Part shown: positions 16,157 to 26,758 of the stretch, piece by piece
Layout of the letters: each line of letters begins with the position of its first letter
Position numbering within the stretch: the first letter of the stretch is position 1
DNA from: Thermosulfurimonas dismutans
GTDB taxonomy: Bacteria; Desulfobacterota; Thermodesulfobacteria; Thermodesulfobacteriales; Thermodesulfobacteriaceae
Assembly: GCF_001652585.1 (NCBI RefSeq)
Contig: NZ_LWLG01000001.1
Location: 60,001 to 92,000 of the forward strand
Direction: 5' to 3'
Length of the DNA: 32,000 nucleotides
Position numbers and translations under genes: made by a program
Notes under the pieces: generated by a model
Database searches by the model: none
What the model was told of the DNA's origin: nothing
Seen by the model: only the letters and a program-made list of their open reading frames with translations

Positions 16157-17935
16157 ATGAAAAAATCGCTTTTGATATCATTTTTACTCCTGTTCATGAT
16201 AATTTTTCCTGCCTGGGCGATCCTTCCTCCGGAAGTCAAGAAAGATCTCTCGCCGCTTTCGGCCCTGGTGATTGGTCTTGATGGTGAGACCGTAATTTTG
16301 GACAAAGGCCGCGCCCAAGGAGTAAAGTTAGGGGATATCTTTACCATCTATCGCAAGGGTAAACCCGTTATCCATCCCCAAACCAAAGAGGTCCTAGGAT
16401 ATCTCAAAAATCCGGTAGCCAAAGCCGAAATCGTAAGAGTAGAAGAAAACTTTGCTACCGGTAGACTCACTTATAAAAAGGAAGAATTTCCCATTCCCTC
16501 TCCAGCCATCCGTTTTGGAGATCAAAAAATTCTACTCATTGCTCCCTCGGCTTCGGAAATAGAAATTTTGATTCCTGAACTCAAGGAAATCTTCTCCCAA
16601 AGCCATCTTATAGTGGAAACCAGCAAGACTTTAGGAGCCCTTTCGCCAGCCGAACTCGGTCAAAAAAGAATAGATTTTGTACTCTATCTCGGCCAAGGAG
16701 AACTAAGGCTTTACAACCCCCGACTCGAGCTGATAAGGGCCTACACCTTTCCTTTGATTTCTCCCCCGCCACCTGGTCCTACAGCTCCAAGGACCATCAG
16801 CCCCCACCCCCAAAGGAAGCCCCAGACTTATACGTCTCCTACTCCCCCTTCCGCCCTTACTCCTTCTCCCTCTGTTTCTAATCGTTATCCTTATTCCACC
16901 CTTCGTTACACACAACCTTCGGCTCCAGTATTTAGGCGGGAAGGGAGACTACCCCAAGTAATCATTGACTTTGAAATGGGAGATCTCGATGAGGATGGAA
17001 AACCAGAAATTGTTTATCTGACGCCCAAGGCCTTATATGTTGCCCGGTATCGAGGGGAATTGCTGACCAAATACCAGTACCAGAGTTTCGGCAAGGTACT
17101 CAATTTTTCCCTCGGGCCCCGGGGTTGGTTGGCCCTGAACGTTTACGTGGACAAAGAAGGCCTGCGAAGTGAACTCCTCAAGTTTGACGGCCGAAATTTG
17201 CGGCCTGAAATCAAAAACCTCAATCTCATCCTCTCCTTTGCAGACTTTAACGGTGACGGTCGAAACGACACCCTTCTCGGCCAAACTTATTCTCCCGAAA
17301 ACTTTTTTGGCCACAAGGTTTACATCCTTGGCCGACGAGGAAACCAGGTAACCTATCAAAAGGAACTTAAAGTGCCCGAGGGCTTCAGACTTATCGGAAG
17401 CGCCTTTGCAGATCTTGATGGAGATGGTTACCTGGAGACCATCTTTATTAATAAAGGGCACAAACTGGCCGTCTACCGCTACACCACGAAACTCTGGATC
17501 TCAAACCGGAAGGTAGGAGGCAGCAGTTATGTGATCAAGGCCTCCGCTGGCCCCTATCGGCAGACCTACAAATTAACCATTCCAGCTGAGGTTAATTTCC
17601 TAACAAGTGATCTCAATGGCGATGGCCGAAAGGAGGTCATTCTGGTGGCCAACGAAAGCAGCCACCGGGATCTCCTCCCTGGTATCCCGGCTTATAGTAG
17701 TGGCGAGGTCTTGGTACTTACCCACAGCGCCACCGGTTTTGAACTATTGCCCATTTCAGGGAAATTTGAAGGTCCCATTCAAGGATTGGGAATTTATGGC
17801 CAGGAACTCTTCGTAGCCCTGGCGAAGGGGAACCCCTTTACCCAAGAGGGAGAATCGTATCTCCTAGCTCTCCCCTTAAAGATGCCTAAAATCAAAGCTT
17901 CTGGGCCCCAGGATGTTTATCGAGCCATTCCCTGA
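16157..17935 (+). CDS. secreted FG-GAP/VCBS-repeat protein with a proline-rich linker
   Basis: Signal peptide LLISFLLLFMIIFPAWA. Repeated DxDxDG motifs: DLDEDGKPE, DFNGDGRND, DLDGDGYLE and DLNGDGRKE. Pro/Ser/Thr-rich linker at about 16760-16885. Confidence 0.8.
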   Translation: MKKSLLISFLLLFMIIFPAWAILPPEVKKDLSPLSALVIGLDGETVILDKGRAQGVKLGDIFTIYRKGKPVIHPQTKEVLGYLKNPVAKAEIVRVEENFATGRLTYKKEEFPIPSPAIRFGDQKILLIAPSASEIEILIPELKEIFSQSHLIVETSKTLGALSPAELGQKRIDFVLYLGQGELRLYNPRLELIRAYTFPLISPPPPGPTAPRTISPHPQRKPQTYTSPTPPSALTPSPSVSNRYPYSTLRYTQPSAPVFRREGRLPQVIIDFEMGDLDEDGKPEIVYLTPKALYVARYRGELLTKYQYQSFGKVLNFSLGPRGWLALNVYVDKEGLRSELLKFDGRNLRPEIKNLNLILSFADFNGDGRNDTLLGQTYSPENFFGHKVYILGRRGNQVTYQKELKVPEGFRLIGSAFADLDGDGYLETIFINKGHKLAVYRYTTKLWISNRKVGGSSYVIKASAGPYRQTYKLTIPAEVNFLTSDLNGDGRKEVILVANESSHRDLLPGIPAYSSGEVLVLTHSATGFELLPISGKFEGPIQGLGIYGQELFVALAKGNPFTQEGESYLLALPLKMPKIKASGPQDVYRAIP

Positions 17936-18680
17936 GAAAGCTCTCCGTTAAGGCCGCTACTTTCCTTTCGTACTCCTCCTGGGTTATTTGGGCTCCTTTA
18001 AGGCCGCCCCGAAGATTAATTTCCGAAAGGAAAGGCCCTCCCTTTTCAGTGTAAATCAAATCCAAATGGGCGTACGGAAATTTTCCTCTAACCATAACCT
18101 TACGACAAAAATCGAGCTCGGCCTCCGAAAGGGCATACGACCGACTCCCACCCCCGAAAAAAATATTGTTTCTAAAATTAAAGGGATTCTTTCGCTCATA
18201 GGCCTCTATATAATCTCCTAGAATAACTACCCGAATATCCCGAACATCCCGGAACCGGGGTTGAAGTACAAAGGGATATTCCAGAGGCGGATTGCCGGCA
18301 TGATTGAAAACATCCTCCACACTCTGCCAAAGGTGAATTCCAAGTCCACAGTTAGCTCTATCCCTTTTAGTGACTACTTCTCCAACTCCAAGGTGCCCAA
18401 AGTAATTCAGAGCTCGAATAAGATCATGTCGATCTCGAATGAGAAGGGTCCCTGGGGGCATAAAAGTCCCTAGAACCGCAACTTGAAAGGCCTTGGATCG
18501 GGAAAGCCATTGTGAGAGAAGGGAAGGGTAAGCTTCCACTCCTCTTTCGGCCAAATCAAATAAGAGCCATTCCTCACCGTATTTCAAACTGATCCGTGTT
18601 AAGATCAGGTCTCCTCTTTGAAGTTCCTGGTAGTGTTCTCGAAAGACACGATTTGAAGTAATGACCCAGGGAGGACGCAT
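17892..18680 (-). CDS. ATP-grasp ligase, RimK/LysX-like
   Basis: ATP-grasp layout: VVTKRDRANCGLGI, FVLQPRF...DIRVVILGD, NFRNNIFFGGG and HLDLIY...FLSEINLRGGLKG. The start is taken at ATG 18680, which overlaps the upstream stop (TGATG). Confidence 0.75.
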   Translation of the reverse strand: MRPPWVITSNRVFREHYQELQRGDLILTRISLKYGEEWLLFDLAERGVEAYPSLLSQWLSRSKAFQVAVLGTFMPPGTLLIRDRHDLIRALNYFGHLGVGEVVTKRDRANCGLGIHLWQSVEDVFNHAGNPPLEYPFVLQPRFRDVRDIRVVILGDYIEAYERKNPFNFRNNIFFGGGSRSYALSEAELDFCRKVMVRGKFPYAHLDLIYTEKGGPFLSEINLRGGLKGAQITQEEYERKVAALTESFLREWLDKHPGAQKL

Positions 18681-18958
18681 CAAAGTTTGTCGCGTAGATG
18701 GGAAAGATCGGCCTGACACCGTCCGCAAAAGAAACGCACCGGACCGGAAACCTCCATATCTTCACCTATAGGCACAAAGGTACCATCTTCATTTTGGAGA
18801 TAATGGACCATGACATAAGCATTTTCGGTAACTTCGTAAAACTCTTCCTGATTTCCGCAATAAGGGCAGACTAGCTTTTCCCTCAGTACAACTGTAATAG
18901 GTTTACGGGCCACAATACGATGGCGTGGGACCGAAGAAGTTTTCGCGTTCTTAGTCAT
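18680..18958 (-). CDS. zinc-ribbon protein (92 aa), function unknown
   Basis: CPYCG ... CGRCQ cysteine pairs. GGAGG RBS. Translationally coupled to the ATP-grasp gene. Confidence 0.7.
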   Translation of the reverse strand: MTKNAKTSSVPRHRIVARKPITVVLREKLVCPYCGNQEEFYEVTENAYVMVHYLQNEDGTFVPIGEDMEVSGPVRFFCGRCQADLSHLRDKL

Positions 18959-18972
18959 TTCTTCAAGTCCTC

Positions 18973-19500
18973 CTATCTTTCATAATAACCGATAAAGGAG
19001 GCCTTGGCGATAACATGGCCGGATAGATATCTTTCTACCTCTGCCAAAGAGGGTCTTTCTGGCAATTCAACCCTCTCCACATCCAGAGCATAGAGGATAA
19101 AATGATAAGGATGCGGACCCGTCCCAGGAGGTGGCTGAGGTCCTCCATAACCCTTAAATCCATACGAATTAGTAAGCTCCGTAGCCCCAGAAGGCATAGC
19201 TTTACCGGATGCTCCTTCTGGAAGTTCGGTTATCGAAGGTGGCAGATTAGTGACTATCCAGTGCATCCAGTTGCGGGCAATGGGATGGGTATCCACACAT
19301 ACCAACACCAAAGATTTCGCCTCTGCAGGCACTCCCTCCCATTTAAGAGGCGGAGAGAGATTCTCGCCCCCCGCAGCCCTCATAACATATTTTCTGGGGA
19401 TTTTTCCTTCTGAGGGGATAATAGGGGACCAAATTTTCATGGCATACCCCCTGGTGCTAACCCAAAAAATCCCCCATAAAAGAGCTAGTAAAAACCTCAT
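18973..19500 (-). CDS. YbhB/YbcL-family PEBP (Raf-kinase-inhibitor-like) protein, probably exported
   Basis: GYGGPQPPPGTGPHPYHFILYALD signature. The N-terminus MRFLLALLWGIFWVSTRGYA resembles a signal peptide. Confidence 0.85.
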   Translation of the reverse strand: MRFLLALLWGIFWVSTRGYAMKIWSPIIPSEGKIPRKYVMRAAGGENLSPPLKWEGVPAEAKSLVLVCVDTHPIARNWMHWIVTNLPPSITELPEGASGKAMPSGATELTNSYGFKGYGGPQPPPGTGPHPYHFILYALDVERVELPERPSLAEVERYLSGHVIAKASFIGYYER

Positions 19501-19570
19501 GCTTAAATAATAAGACCTTTGAGGGGGAACAACAAGAATACATAAAGAGGCAAAGCCGATATGCTGACAA

Positions 19571-19999
19571 TTATCTAGGATGCCCAGCTTTTACTCTTTC
19601 TGCAAGAGCTATCCGAGTAAGAGCTCTCTGAAGAGCAGCTCTTGCCCGAGCCTCGGCCAACCGATCTCCTTTAGCCTGGGCCTCTTGCAATCTCTTTTCC
19701 GCCCTTTCCTTAGCCCGCAAGGCTCTCTCGACATCAATTTCATGGGCTTTTTCAGCAGCTTCCACGAGCAAGGTAACTTTTTTACCAGTTACCTCACAGA
19801 ATCCTCCACTTACAGCCACCCACTCCTCTCGATCCCCCACACGATAATGGACAGAACCTATCTTCAGGCCCGCAAGCATCGGGGCGTGACCGGCCAGTAC
19901 CCCGAACTCACCGGCCACGCCCGGAGCAGTCACAATATCCACCTCTTCACTTACTACCACTTTGTCAGGCGTAACGATCTCCAGAAGAATACGGGCCAT
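19571..19999 (-). CDS. atpC: F1 ATP synthase subunit epsilon
   Basis: LEIVTPDKVV...VTAPGVAGEFGVLAGHAPML. Position immediately after atpD. Confidence 0.93.
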   Translation of the reverse strand: MARILLEIVTPDKVVVSEEVDIVTAPGVAGEFGVLAGHAPMLAGLKIGSVHYRVGDREEWVAVSGGFCEVTGKKVTLLVEAAEKAHEIDVERALRAKERAEKRLQEAQAKGDRLAEARARAALQRALTRIALAERVKAGHPR

Positions 20000-20000
20000 T

Positions 20001-21476
<1,476 letters not shown>

Positions 21477-21494
21477 TTAATAATTTACGGCATT

Positions 21495-22370
21495 TTATCC
21501 CTTGAGGGCCTCCGCACCACCCACAATGTCCATCAACTCTTTGGTGATGGAGGCCTGCCTAGTCTTATTAAAAAGCAGCGTGAGCTCCCTTACCATGTCT
21601 CCACAAGCCCGGTTCGCATTATCCATAGCAGTCATCCGGGCCGCCTGCTCACTTACCGCAGTCTCAAGCATGGCAGCATATACTCGGGTGTTTACATACA
21701 TAGGGAGGATCTGATCCAACAGCTCTTCGGGAGAAGGCTCATAGATAGGTGCCCCGCGTAAAGGCTTTTCTTCTCCCTCTCCTCCCTCAAAACTTATTGG
21801 GAGAATCTTCTCCCGTTTAGGCACCTGACGGACAACATTTACAAAATAGCCGTAAATCAGATAAGCCTCATCAATTTCGCGTTCCAAAAAGGCCTCCATG
21901 ACTCGTCGCGCTACCGTCCGAGCGTCCTGCATCATAACTTTTCCCATAATATCCGTAAAACCCTCTAGAACCTCTGCTCGACTCCCAAAGTATTGGTACC
22001 CCTTCTTACCCACACAAATAAGTTTTACCCCTTGCCCCTGTTCGTGCCTTTCAGCTATAAATTTCTCTGTTTCTTTTATAAGATTGGTATTGAAAGCGCC
22101 ACAGAGCCCACGATCGGCGGTAACCAGAACCACCCCTACATTCTTTACCTCCCGAGATTCCATCAGAGGAAATTGCGAAGGCGAAACCACTCCGCTCCGA
22201 GCCAACTCCTCGATTACCTCTCGATATTTTTCACCATACGGACGGAATTGCTCCAATCGAGCCTGTGCCCCGCGGAGCTTAGCCGCGGCAACCATATTCA
22301 TAGCCCGAGTAATTTGGCCGATCTTTTTAATAGCATCTATTTTGCGGCGAATATCTCTCAGGTTCGGCAT
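21495..22370 (-). CDS. atpG: F1 ATP synthase subunit gamma
   Basis: MPNLRDIRRKIDAIKKIGQITRAMNMVAAAKLR start and ITKELMDIVGGAEAL end. Confidence 0.97.
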   Translation of the reverse strand: MPNLRDIRRKIDAIKKIGQITRAMNMVAAAKLRGAQARLEQFRPYGEKYREVIEELARSGVVSPSQFPLMESREVKNVGVVLVTADRGLCGAFNTNLIKETEKFIAERHEQGQGVKLICVGKKGYQYFGSRAEVLEGFTDIMGKVMMQDARTVARRVMEAFLEREIDEAYLIYGYFVNVVRQVPKREKILPISFEGGEGEEKPLRGAPIYEPSPEELLDQILPMYVNTRVYAAMLETAVSEQAARMTAMDNANRACGDMVRELTLLFNKTRQASITKELMDIVGGAEALKG

Positions 22371-22381
22371 CTTCCTACCCC

Positions 22382-23923
22382 TTACGGTACCGGTACAGGT
22401 TCGACATTGTGGTTCTTCTTAAACTCCTCATTAAACTCTTTCAAAGCGGCGTGCATCTTTTCTTCAAGTTCAGGACTGATTTCCTGTTTCTCCTTGATCT
22501 CCTTGTAAATCTCCGGATACCTAGACTCTATAAATTCGTAAAGCTCCCGTTCATAGTCCGCAAGCACATCGAGAGGCATCTCATCAAGATACCCTCGGGT
22601 TCCGGCAAAGAGAATACATACCTGTTTTTCCACCGGCAAGGGCTGATATTGAGGCTGCTTTAGAATCTCGGTAAGACGAGCTCCTCGGTGAAGAACCCTT
22701 TGGGTGGCCCGATCAAGCTCAGAACCAAACTGGGCAAAGGCTGCCAGCTCACGATACTGCGCAAGCTCAAGCCTCAACCGTCCAGCCACCTGTTTCATAG
22801 CCTTGATCTGCGCCGCACCACCCACTCGAGAAACCGAAAGCCCAACGTTAATGGCCGGACGAATACCAGCAAAGAAAAGCCCGGGCTCAAGGTAGACCTG
22901 ACCATCCGTAATAGAAATCACGTTGGTAGGAATATAGGCCGAAACGTCTCCCTGAAGAGTCTCAATAATAGGCAGCGCCGTAAGAGAACCGCCTCCATGC
23001 TCTTCATTCAATTTTGCAGCCCTCTCCAACAGCCGGGAGTGATTGTAAAAGATGTCACCCGGATAGGCCTCACGTCCCGGAGGCCGCCTAAGAAGGAGCG
23101 AAACCTCACGGTAGGCATTAGCCTGCTTGGAAAGGTCATCGTAGATAATGAGGGCGTGACGACCAGTATCTCGGAAGTACTCTCCCATCGCACATCCGGA
23201 ATAAGGAGCGATATACTGCAAGGTAGCCGGATCAGAGGCGCAAGCCACTACCACCGTGGTGTACTCCATGGCCCCATACCGCCTTAGGGTATCCACAATC
23301 TGGGCCACCGTAGACTTCTTCTGCCCTACGGCCACGTAGATACAATAAACGTCGGTATCCTTCTGGGCCAAAATGGCATCGATACAAATGGCCGTCTTTC
23401 CAGTTTGACGGTCACCAATTACTAACTCACGCTGACCCCGCCCTATGGGAGTCATGGCATCAATAGCTTTGAGGCCGGTATACATAGGTTCATGCACCGG
23501 ACGACGAACAATAATACCCGGTGCCTTGACCTCGATTCGACGATATTCTTTGGCTTCAATAGGCCCCTTGCCATCAAGCGGCCGACCAAGGGGGTCCACC
23601 ACCCGTCCAATCACAGCCTCTCCTACCGGAACTTCAGCAATACGCCCTGTACGTTTCGCAATATCCCCTTCCTTGATTTTGGTAGCATCTCCCATGATGG
23701 GGACCCCCACATTATCGAACTCCAGATTGAGGGCGATCCCCATCTCTCCACCCGGGAATTCGATCAATTCCATAGCCTGACAATTTCTGAGACCGTATAC
23801 CCGGGCCACGCCATCACCCACCGAGATAACGACCCCCATCTCATTGAGGTCAACTTTCTTCTCATACTCCTCTATCTTCTTTTTAATCAGATCACTAATT
23901 TCCTCGGCTCTAATCCCCTGCAT
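22382..23923 (-). CDS. atpA: F1 ATP synthase subunit alpha
   Basis: Walker A GDRQTGKT and overall alpha-subunit sequence. Confidence 0.98.
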   Translation of the reverse strand: MQGIRAEEISDLIKKKIEEYEKKVDLNEMGVVISVGDGVARVYGLRNCQAMELIEFPGGEMGIALNLEFDNVGVPIMGDATKIKEGDIAKRTGRIAEVPVGEAVIGRVVDPLGRPLDGKGPIEAKEYRRIEVKAPGIIVRRPVHEPMYTGLKAIDAMTPIGRGQRELVIGDRQTGKTAICIDAILAQKDTDVYCIYVAVGQKKSTVAQIVDTLRRYGAMEYTTVVVACASDPATLQYIAPYSGCAMGEYFRDTGRHALIIYDDLSKQANAYREVSLLLRRPPGREAYPGDIFYNHSRLLERAAKLNEEHGGGSLTALPIIETLQGDVSAYIPTNVISITDGQVYLEPGLFFAGIRPAINVGLSVSRVGGAAQIKAMKQVAGRLRLELAQYRELAAFAQFGSELDRATQRVLHRGARLTEILKQPQYQPLPVEKQVCILFAGTRGYLDEMPLDVLADYERELYEFIESRYPEIYKEIKEKQEISPELEEKMHAALKEFNEEFKKNHNVEPVPVP

Positions 23924-23924
23924 A

Positions 23925-24476
23925 TTAGGCCACCTCTCCCTTTATTATAGATTCTCTAAAAGACTCTAACTGGCTCCGGACACTTCCATCCAGAACCAGG
24001 TCTCCTACTCTCACAATTATACCTCCAATAAGCTCAGGCATCTTCACAACCCGAAGCTTAATCTCCTTGCCTACTAATTTCTTCAAAATTTCCGCAAGTC
24101 TTTGTTTATCCTCCTCCTCCAAATCGAACGCCGCCTGAACCTCTGCCCTAGCTATACCCAACGTCTCATCCATCAGCTCATCATAAGCTTCAATAATCTC
24201 GGCAATGAATTGAATCCTCTTCTTTTCCACCAAAAGCTTCAAAAAGCGAGCCACTTCTTCATCTAGCGAGAGGCCTTTTATGATTTCCTCCACGATTTCC
24301 ATCTTGAGATCCGGAGGATAAATGGGACTTTGCAAGACCTCCAAAATCTCAGGCTGGGAGGAGAGAAAATCTCCTACCCGTTTCAACTCCTCCCCATACT
24401 CCTTAAACCGATCCCTTTCCTGACCTACCGCAAAAAGACCCCTGGCATACTTTTGAGCTACGATGGTCCTAATCAA
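23925..24476 (-). CDS. atpH: F1 ATP synthase subunit delta (OSCP)
   Basis: Start with YARGLF (compare the canonical YAxALF). C-terminal [20 protein letters not shown]. Confidence 0.92.
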   Translation of the reverse strand: MIRTIVAQKYARGLFAVGQERDRFKEYGEELKRVGDFLSSQPEILEVLQSPIYPPDLKMEIVEEIIKGLSLDEEVARFLKLLVEKKRIQFIAEIIEAYDELMDETLGIARAEVQAAFDLEEEDKQRLAEILKKLVGKEIKLRVVKMPELIGGIIVRVGDLVLDGSVRSQLESFRESIIKGEVA

Positions 24477-25168
24477 TGTACCCTCTCCACCTTTTCTATA
24501 AATTCATTAAACAAACGCTTGTGATCTTCGATCGTGATATTTTTACGAATAAGCTCTTCGGCCATCTTTACCGCCATCTCAGCCACTTCCTTCCGAAGTT
24601 CTGCCTTAACCCTGTTCACTTCCTGCTGAATATAAAACTCCGCCTGCTGCTTTATACGCTCAGCATTCTTTTTGGCTTCAGCAATTATCCTCTCTTTTTC
24701 CCTCTCACCCTGCTCCCTAAAAGCCTCCATCAAACGCTGAGCCTCGGCCTCAAGCCCCTTCAACTTCTCCTGAAGTTCAGCATAACGCTTCTCCGCCTCC
24801 CTCTTTTTAGCCATCAGATCCTCATATTCATTGAGGATCGTTTCCCTCCGAGAACGAAAAATATTGACAAGCGGATCCTTACCAAACTTATACAGAATAG
24901 CTACCAGAACCAAAAAGTTAACCGTCCACCAAAGAAGATTCTTCCATTGCTTAGGAGAAATCCCAGTCTCTTCAGAAACTCCGTGCCCTTCTCCAGAATG
25001 AGCCGCACCTACAGCCTCATGCATTCCATGAGATTCTCCCCCTGAAGACTCAGCCGCCCAAACCAATAAACCCTGACCCCTAACATCAAACTTCCCAAGA
25101 CCAGACCCCAAAGGGAGAACCATCCCCAAAAAAGCCAAAATATACAACACTATCACCATCTTCCTCAT
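24473..25168 (-). CDS. atpF: Fo ATP synthase subunit b with an N-terminal extension of about 69 aa
   Basis: The canonical TM plus long charged helix begins near residue 70. The ATG overlaps the b' stop (ATGA). Confidence 0.88.
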   Translation of the reverse strand: MRKMVIVLYILAFLGMVLPLGSGLGKFDVRGQGLLVWAAESSGGESHGMHEAVGAAHSGEGHGVSEETGISPKQWKNLLWWTVNFLVLVAILYKFGKDPLVNIFRSRRETILNEYEDLMAKKREAEKRYAELQEKLKGLEAEAQRLMEAFREQGEREKERIIAEAKKNAERIKQQAEFYIQQEVNRVKAELRKEVAEMAVKMAEELIRKNITIEDHKRLFNEFIEKVERVH

Positions 25169-25590
25169 AGCGGCCTCCCCAAGACCTTCTCCGCCATAGC
25201 CTTTGAAAACACCGCCACTTCCTCAGACAGCTGCTTGCGCACACTCTCAAACTGAGCCTTCACTTCCGAAAGGACCTTCTCCTTATAAGCTTCGGCCTCT
25301 TTGGCGGCCTCTCCAAGAATCTTGCGTTCCTCCTCACGAGCCTGAGCCTTCAAGGCCTCCCTTTCAGCCTGTGCCCGAGAATGAGCCTCGGCCAGACTTT
25401 TTTCATATTCCTTTAAAGCCTCCTCCACTTCTCGCGAGAGCCTATCAATTTCACTTTTAAGAGTATCAAAACGCGATTTTCTACCCTCTATAGTTTGCAT
25501 GATGGGACGAATAAGGATGGCGTTCAAAATGAAGGTGAGGACGAGAGCCTCAATAATGGTAATCCATAACGTAATATCAAAATTAAGCAT
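25165..25590 (-). CDS. atpF2: Fo ATP synthase subunit b'
   Basis: A single N-terminal TM helix followed by a long A/E/K-rich helix. Position immediately upstream of b. Confidence 0.85.
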   Translation of the reverse strand: MLNFDITLWITIIEALVLTFILNAILIRPIMQTIEGRKSRFDTLKSEIDRLSREVEEALKEYEKSLAEAHSRAQAEREALKAQAREEERKILGEAAKEAEAYKEKVLSEVKAQFESVRKQLSEEVAVFSKAMAEKVLGRPL

Positions 25591-25632
25591 TTCCTACCCG
25601 GCCTCCCTAGTCTTTTACATAAATCAAACTAG

Positions 25633-25661
25633 CTTTTAGCTCAAAGCACCTTTTATGTCAA
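25633..25661 (-). promoter_or_regulatory. candidate sigma70-type promoter for the atp operon
   Basis: Minus strand reads TTGACA (25661-25656), a 17 nt spacer, then TAAAAG (25638-25633), about 43 nt upstream of the b' ATG. Sequence match only. Confidence 0.3.
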
Positions 25662-25687
25662 GGCAAATCTTCAGTAAAAAATCTTGA

Positions 25688-26758
25688 TTATAGAAAAGAA
25701 AAGCGCCTTCTCATTACGGAAGCCGCAAATCCTAACATAATCATATTGGCAAAGACCGAGGAACCTCCGTAACTTAGAAAGGGCAGAGGCAGGCTTGCCG
25801 CCGGAAGAAGACGCACTACTCCTGCAAGATTGAAAAAAACTTCCCAAAAGAGAGTAGCTCCACATCCAAAGGCCAAAAATCTACCTAACATATCCTTAGC
25901 GGAATAAGCGGCTTTCAAATTGCAACCTATCAAAAGAGCAAATAGAGATACCACCACCATTGAGCCCACAAATCCCCATTCTTCTCCCCAAACGGCGAAG
26001 GCCAAATCGGTATGCTTAGCAGGAAGATAATGGAGTTTAGACGACAAGCCTTGTTTAAAACCCTGGCCGGTAAGTCCCCCTGAGCCCAAGGCAATTAAAG
26101 CCTGCCTGGTTTGATAAGACCAGCGCTTATGGGTCTTTCCGGGTTTTAGAAAGGCTTCTAGCCTGGCCTTTTGGTAGGGCTTAAGCTGTTTCCACACCAA
26201 GGGACCTATAACGAGGAAGCTCATCATCCCTAAAATCAGTATGCCTATCAATATTCTCTTGGAGATACCTGCAAACAAAATCACCGTAGCCGCAATAACC
26301 AATAAGAGAAAGGCCTGATCTAGATCCGTAACGGCAATCAAGAGAACGGGAATTAAAACCAAAGCCAATGAAATCCCCAAAAGCGATGGCGAAATAATCT
26401 CTTCTCGATTTTCTGAGAAAAGAGAGGCTAAAAGGGCTACTATTAAAGGTTTGGCAAACTCCGAAGGCTGAAGACTAAAACCACCGAAATAGACCCATCT
26501 TTTGTGTTGAAGAGCCATAAACAAAAGAAGACCTAAAAACCCCAAATAAAGTCCTAAAATCCGTTGAAAGGTAAGAATCTTATGGTAATCAAGCCACCAA
26601 AAGACGCTAAAAAGCAAAAGCCCTCCTCCCATCCAGAGAGACTGCCGCAAAAATAGAGCCTGGCCTCCGGCACTCATCTGATTAACCAGGCCTGCCACCA
26701 TCAGTAAAACTAGAGCGAAAAAAAATGGCCAATCGTAGAACCAGATTTTAATCCTCAT
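25688..26758 (-). CDS. rodA: rod shape-determining protein RodA (SEDS family)
   Basis: Polytopic membrane protein with HTDLAFAV and LPLPFLSYGGSS motifs. Stop/start overlap with mrdA. Confidence 0.93.
   Translation of the reverse strand: MRIKIWFYDWPFFFALVLLMVAGLVNQMSAGGQALFLRQSLWMGGGLLLFSVFWWLDYHKILTFQRILGLYLGFLGLLLFMALQHKRWVYFGGFSLQPSEFAKPLIVALLASLFSENREEIISPSLLGISLALVLIPVLLIAVTDLDQAFLLLVIAATVILFAGISKRILIGILILGMMSFLVIGPLVWKQLKPYQKARLEAFLKPGKTHKRWSYQTRQALIALGSGGLTGQGFKQGLSSKLHYLPAKHTDLAFAVWGEEWGFVGSMVVVSLFALLIGCNLKAAYSAKDMLGRFLAFGCGATLFWEVFFNLAGVVRLLPAASLPLPFLSYGGSSVFANMIMLGFAASVMRRRFSFL

Noticed and set aside
16703-16915. 70-aa antisense ORF across the proline-rich linker of the FG-GAP protein
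   Set aside because: Its Gly/Arg-rich translation is the mirror image of a Pro/Ser-rich coding segment. It has no independent support.
18680-18958. Identification of the 92-aa zinc-ribbon protein as the LysW/ArgW amino-group carrier
   Set aside because: It is too long and lacks the acidic C-terminal EDWGE-like tail needed for LysX-type ligation. No lysine or arginine biosynthesis genes (lysY/Z/J/K) are adjacent.
19501-19570. Gap between atpC and the PEBP gene considered as a terminator or small RNA locus
   Set aside because: I found no stable GC-rich hairpin followed by a T-run on the minus strand, and no conserved-looking structure. The gap is too short and featureless to call.
22688-23287. 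Long antisense ORFs inside conserved genes: 199 aa opposite atpA, 189 aa opposite atpF at 24476-25045, 201 aa opposite mreB at 29907-30512, 174 and 171 aa opposite atpG, and 148 aa opposite atpC
   Set aside because: They lie entirely within strongly recognisable genes on the other strand and have low-complexity Ser/Pro/Arg/Leu-rich translations. They have no RBS and no recognisable motif. They are explained by a shortage of stop codons on the antisense strand of these genes.
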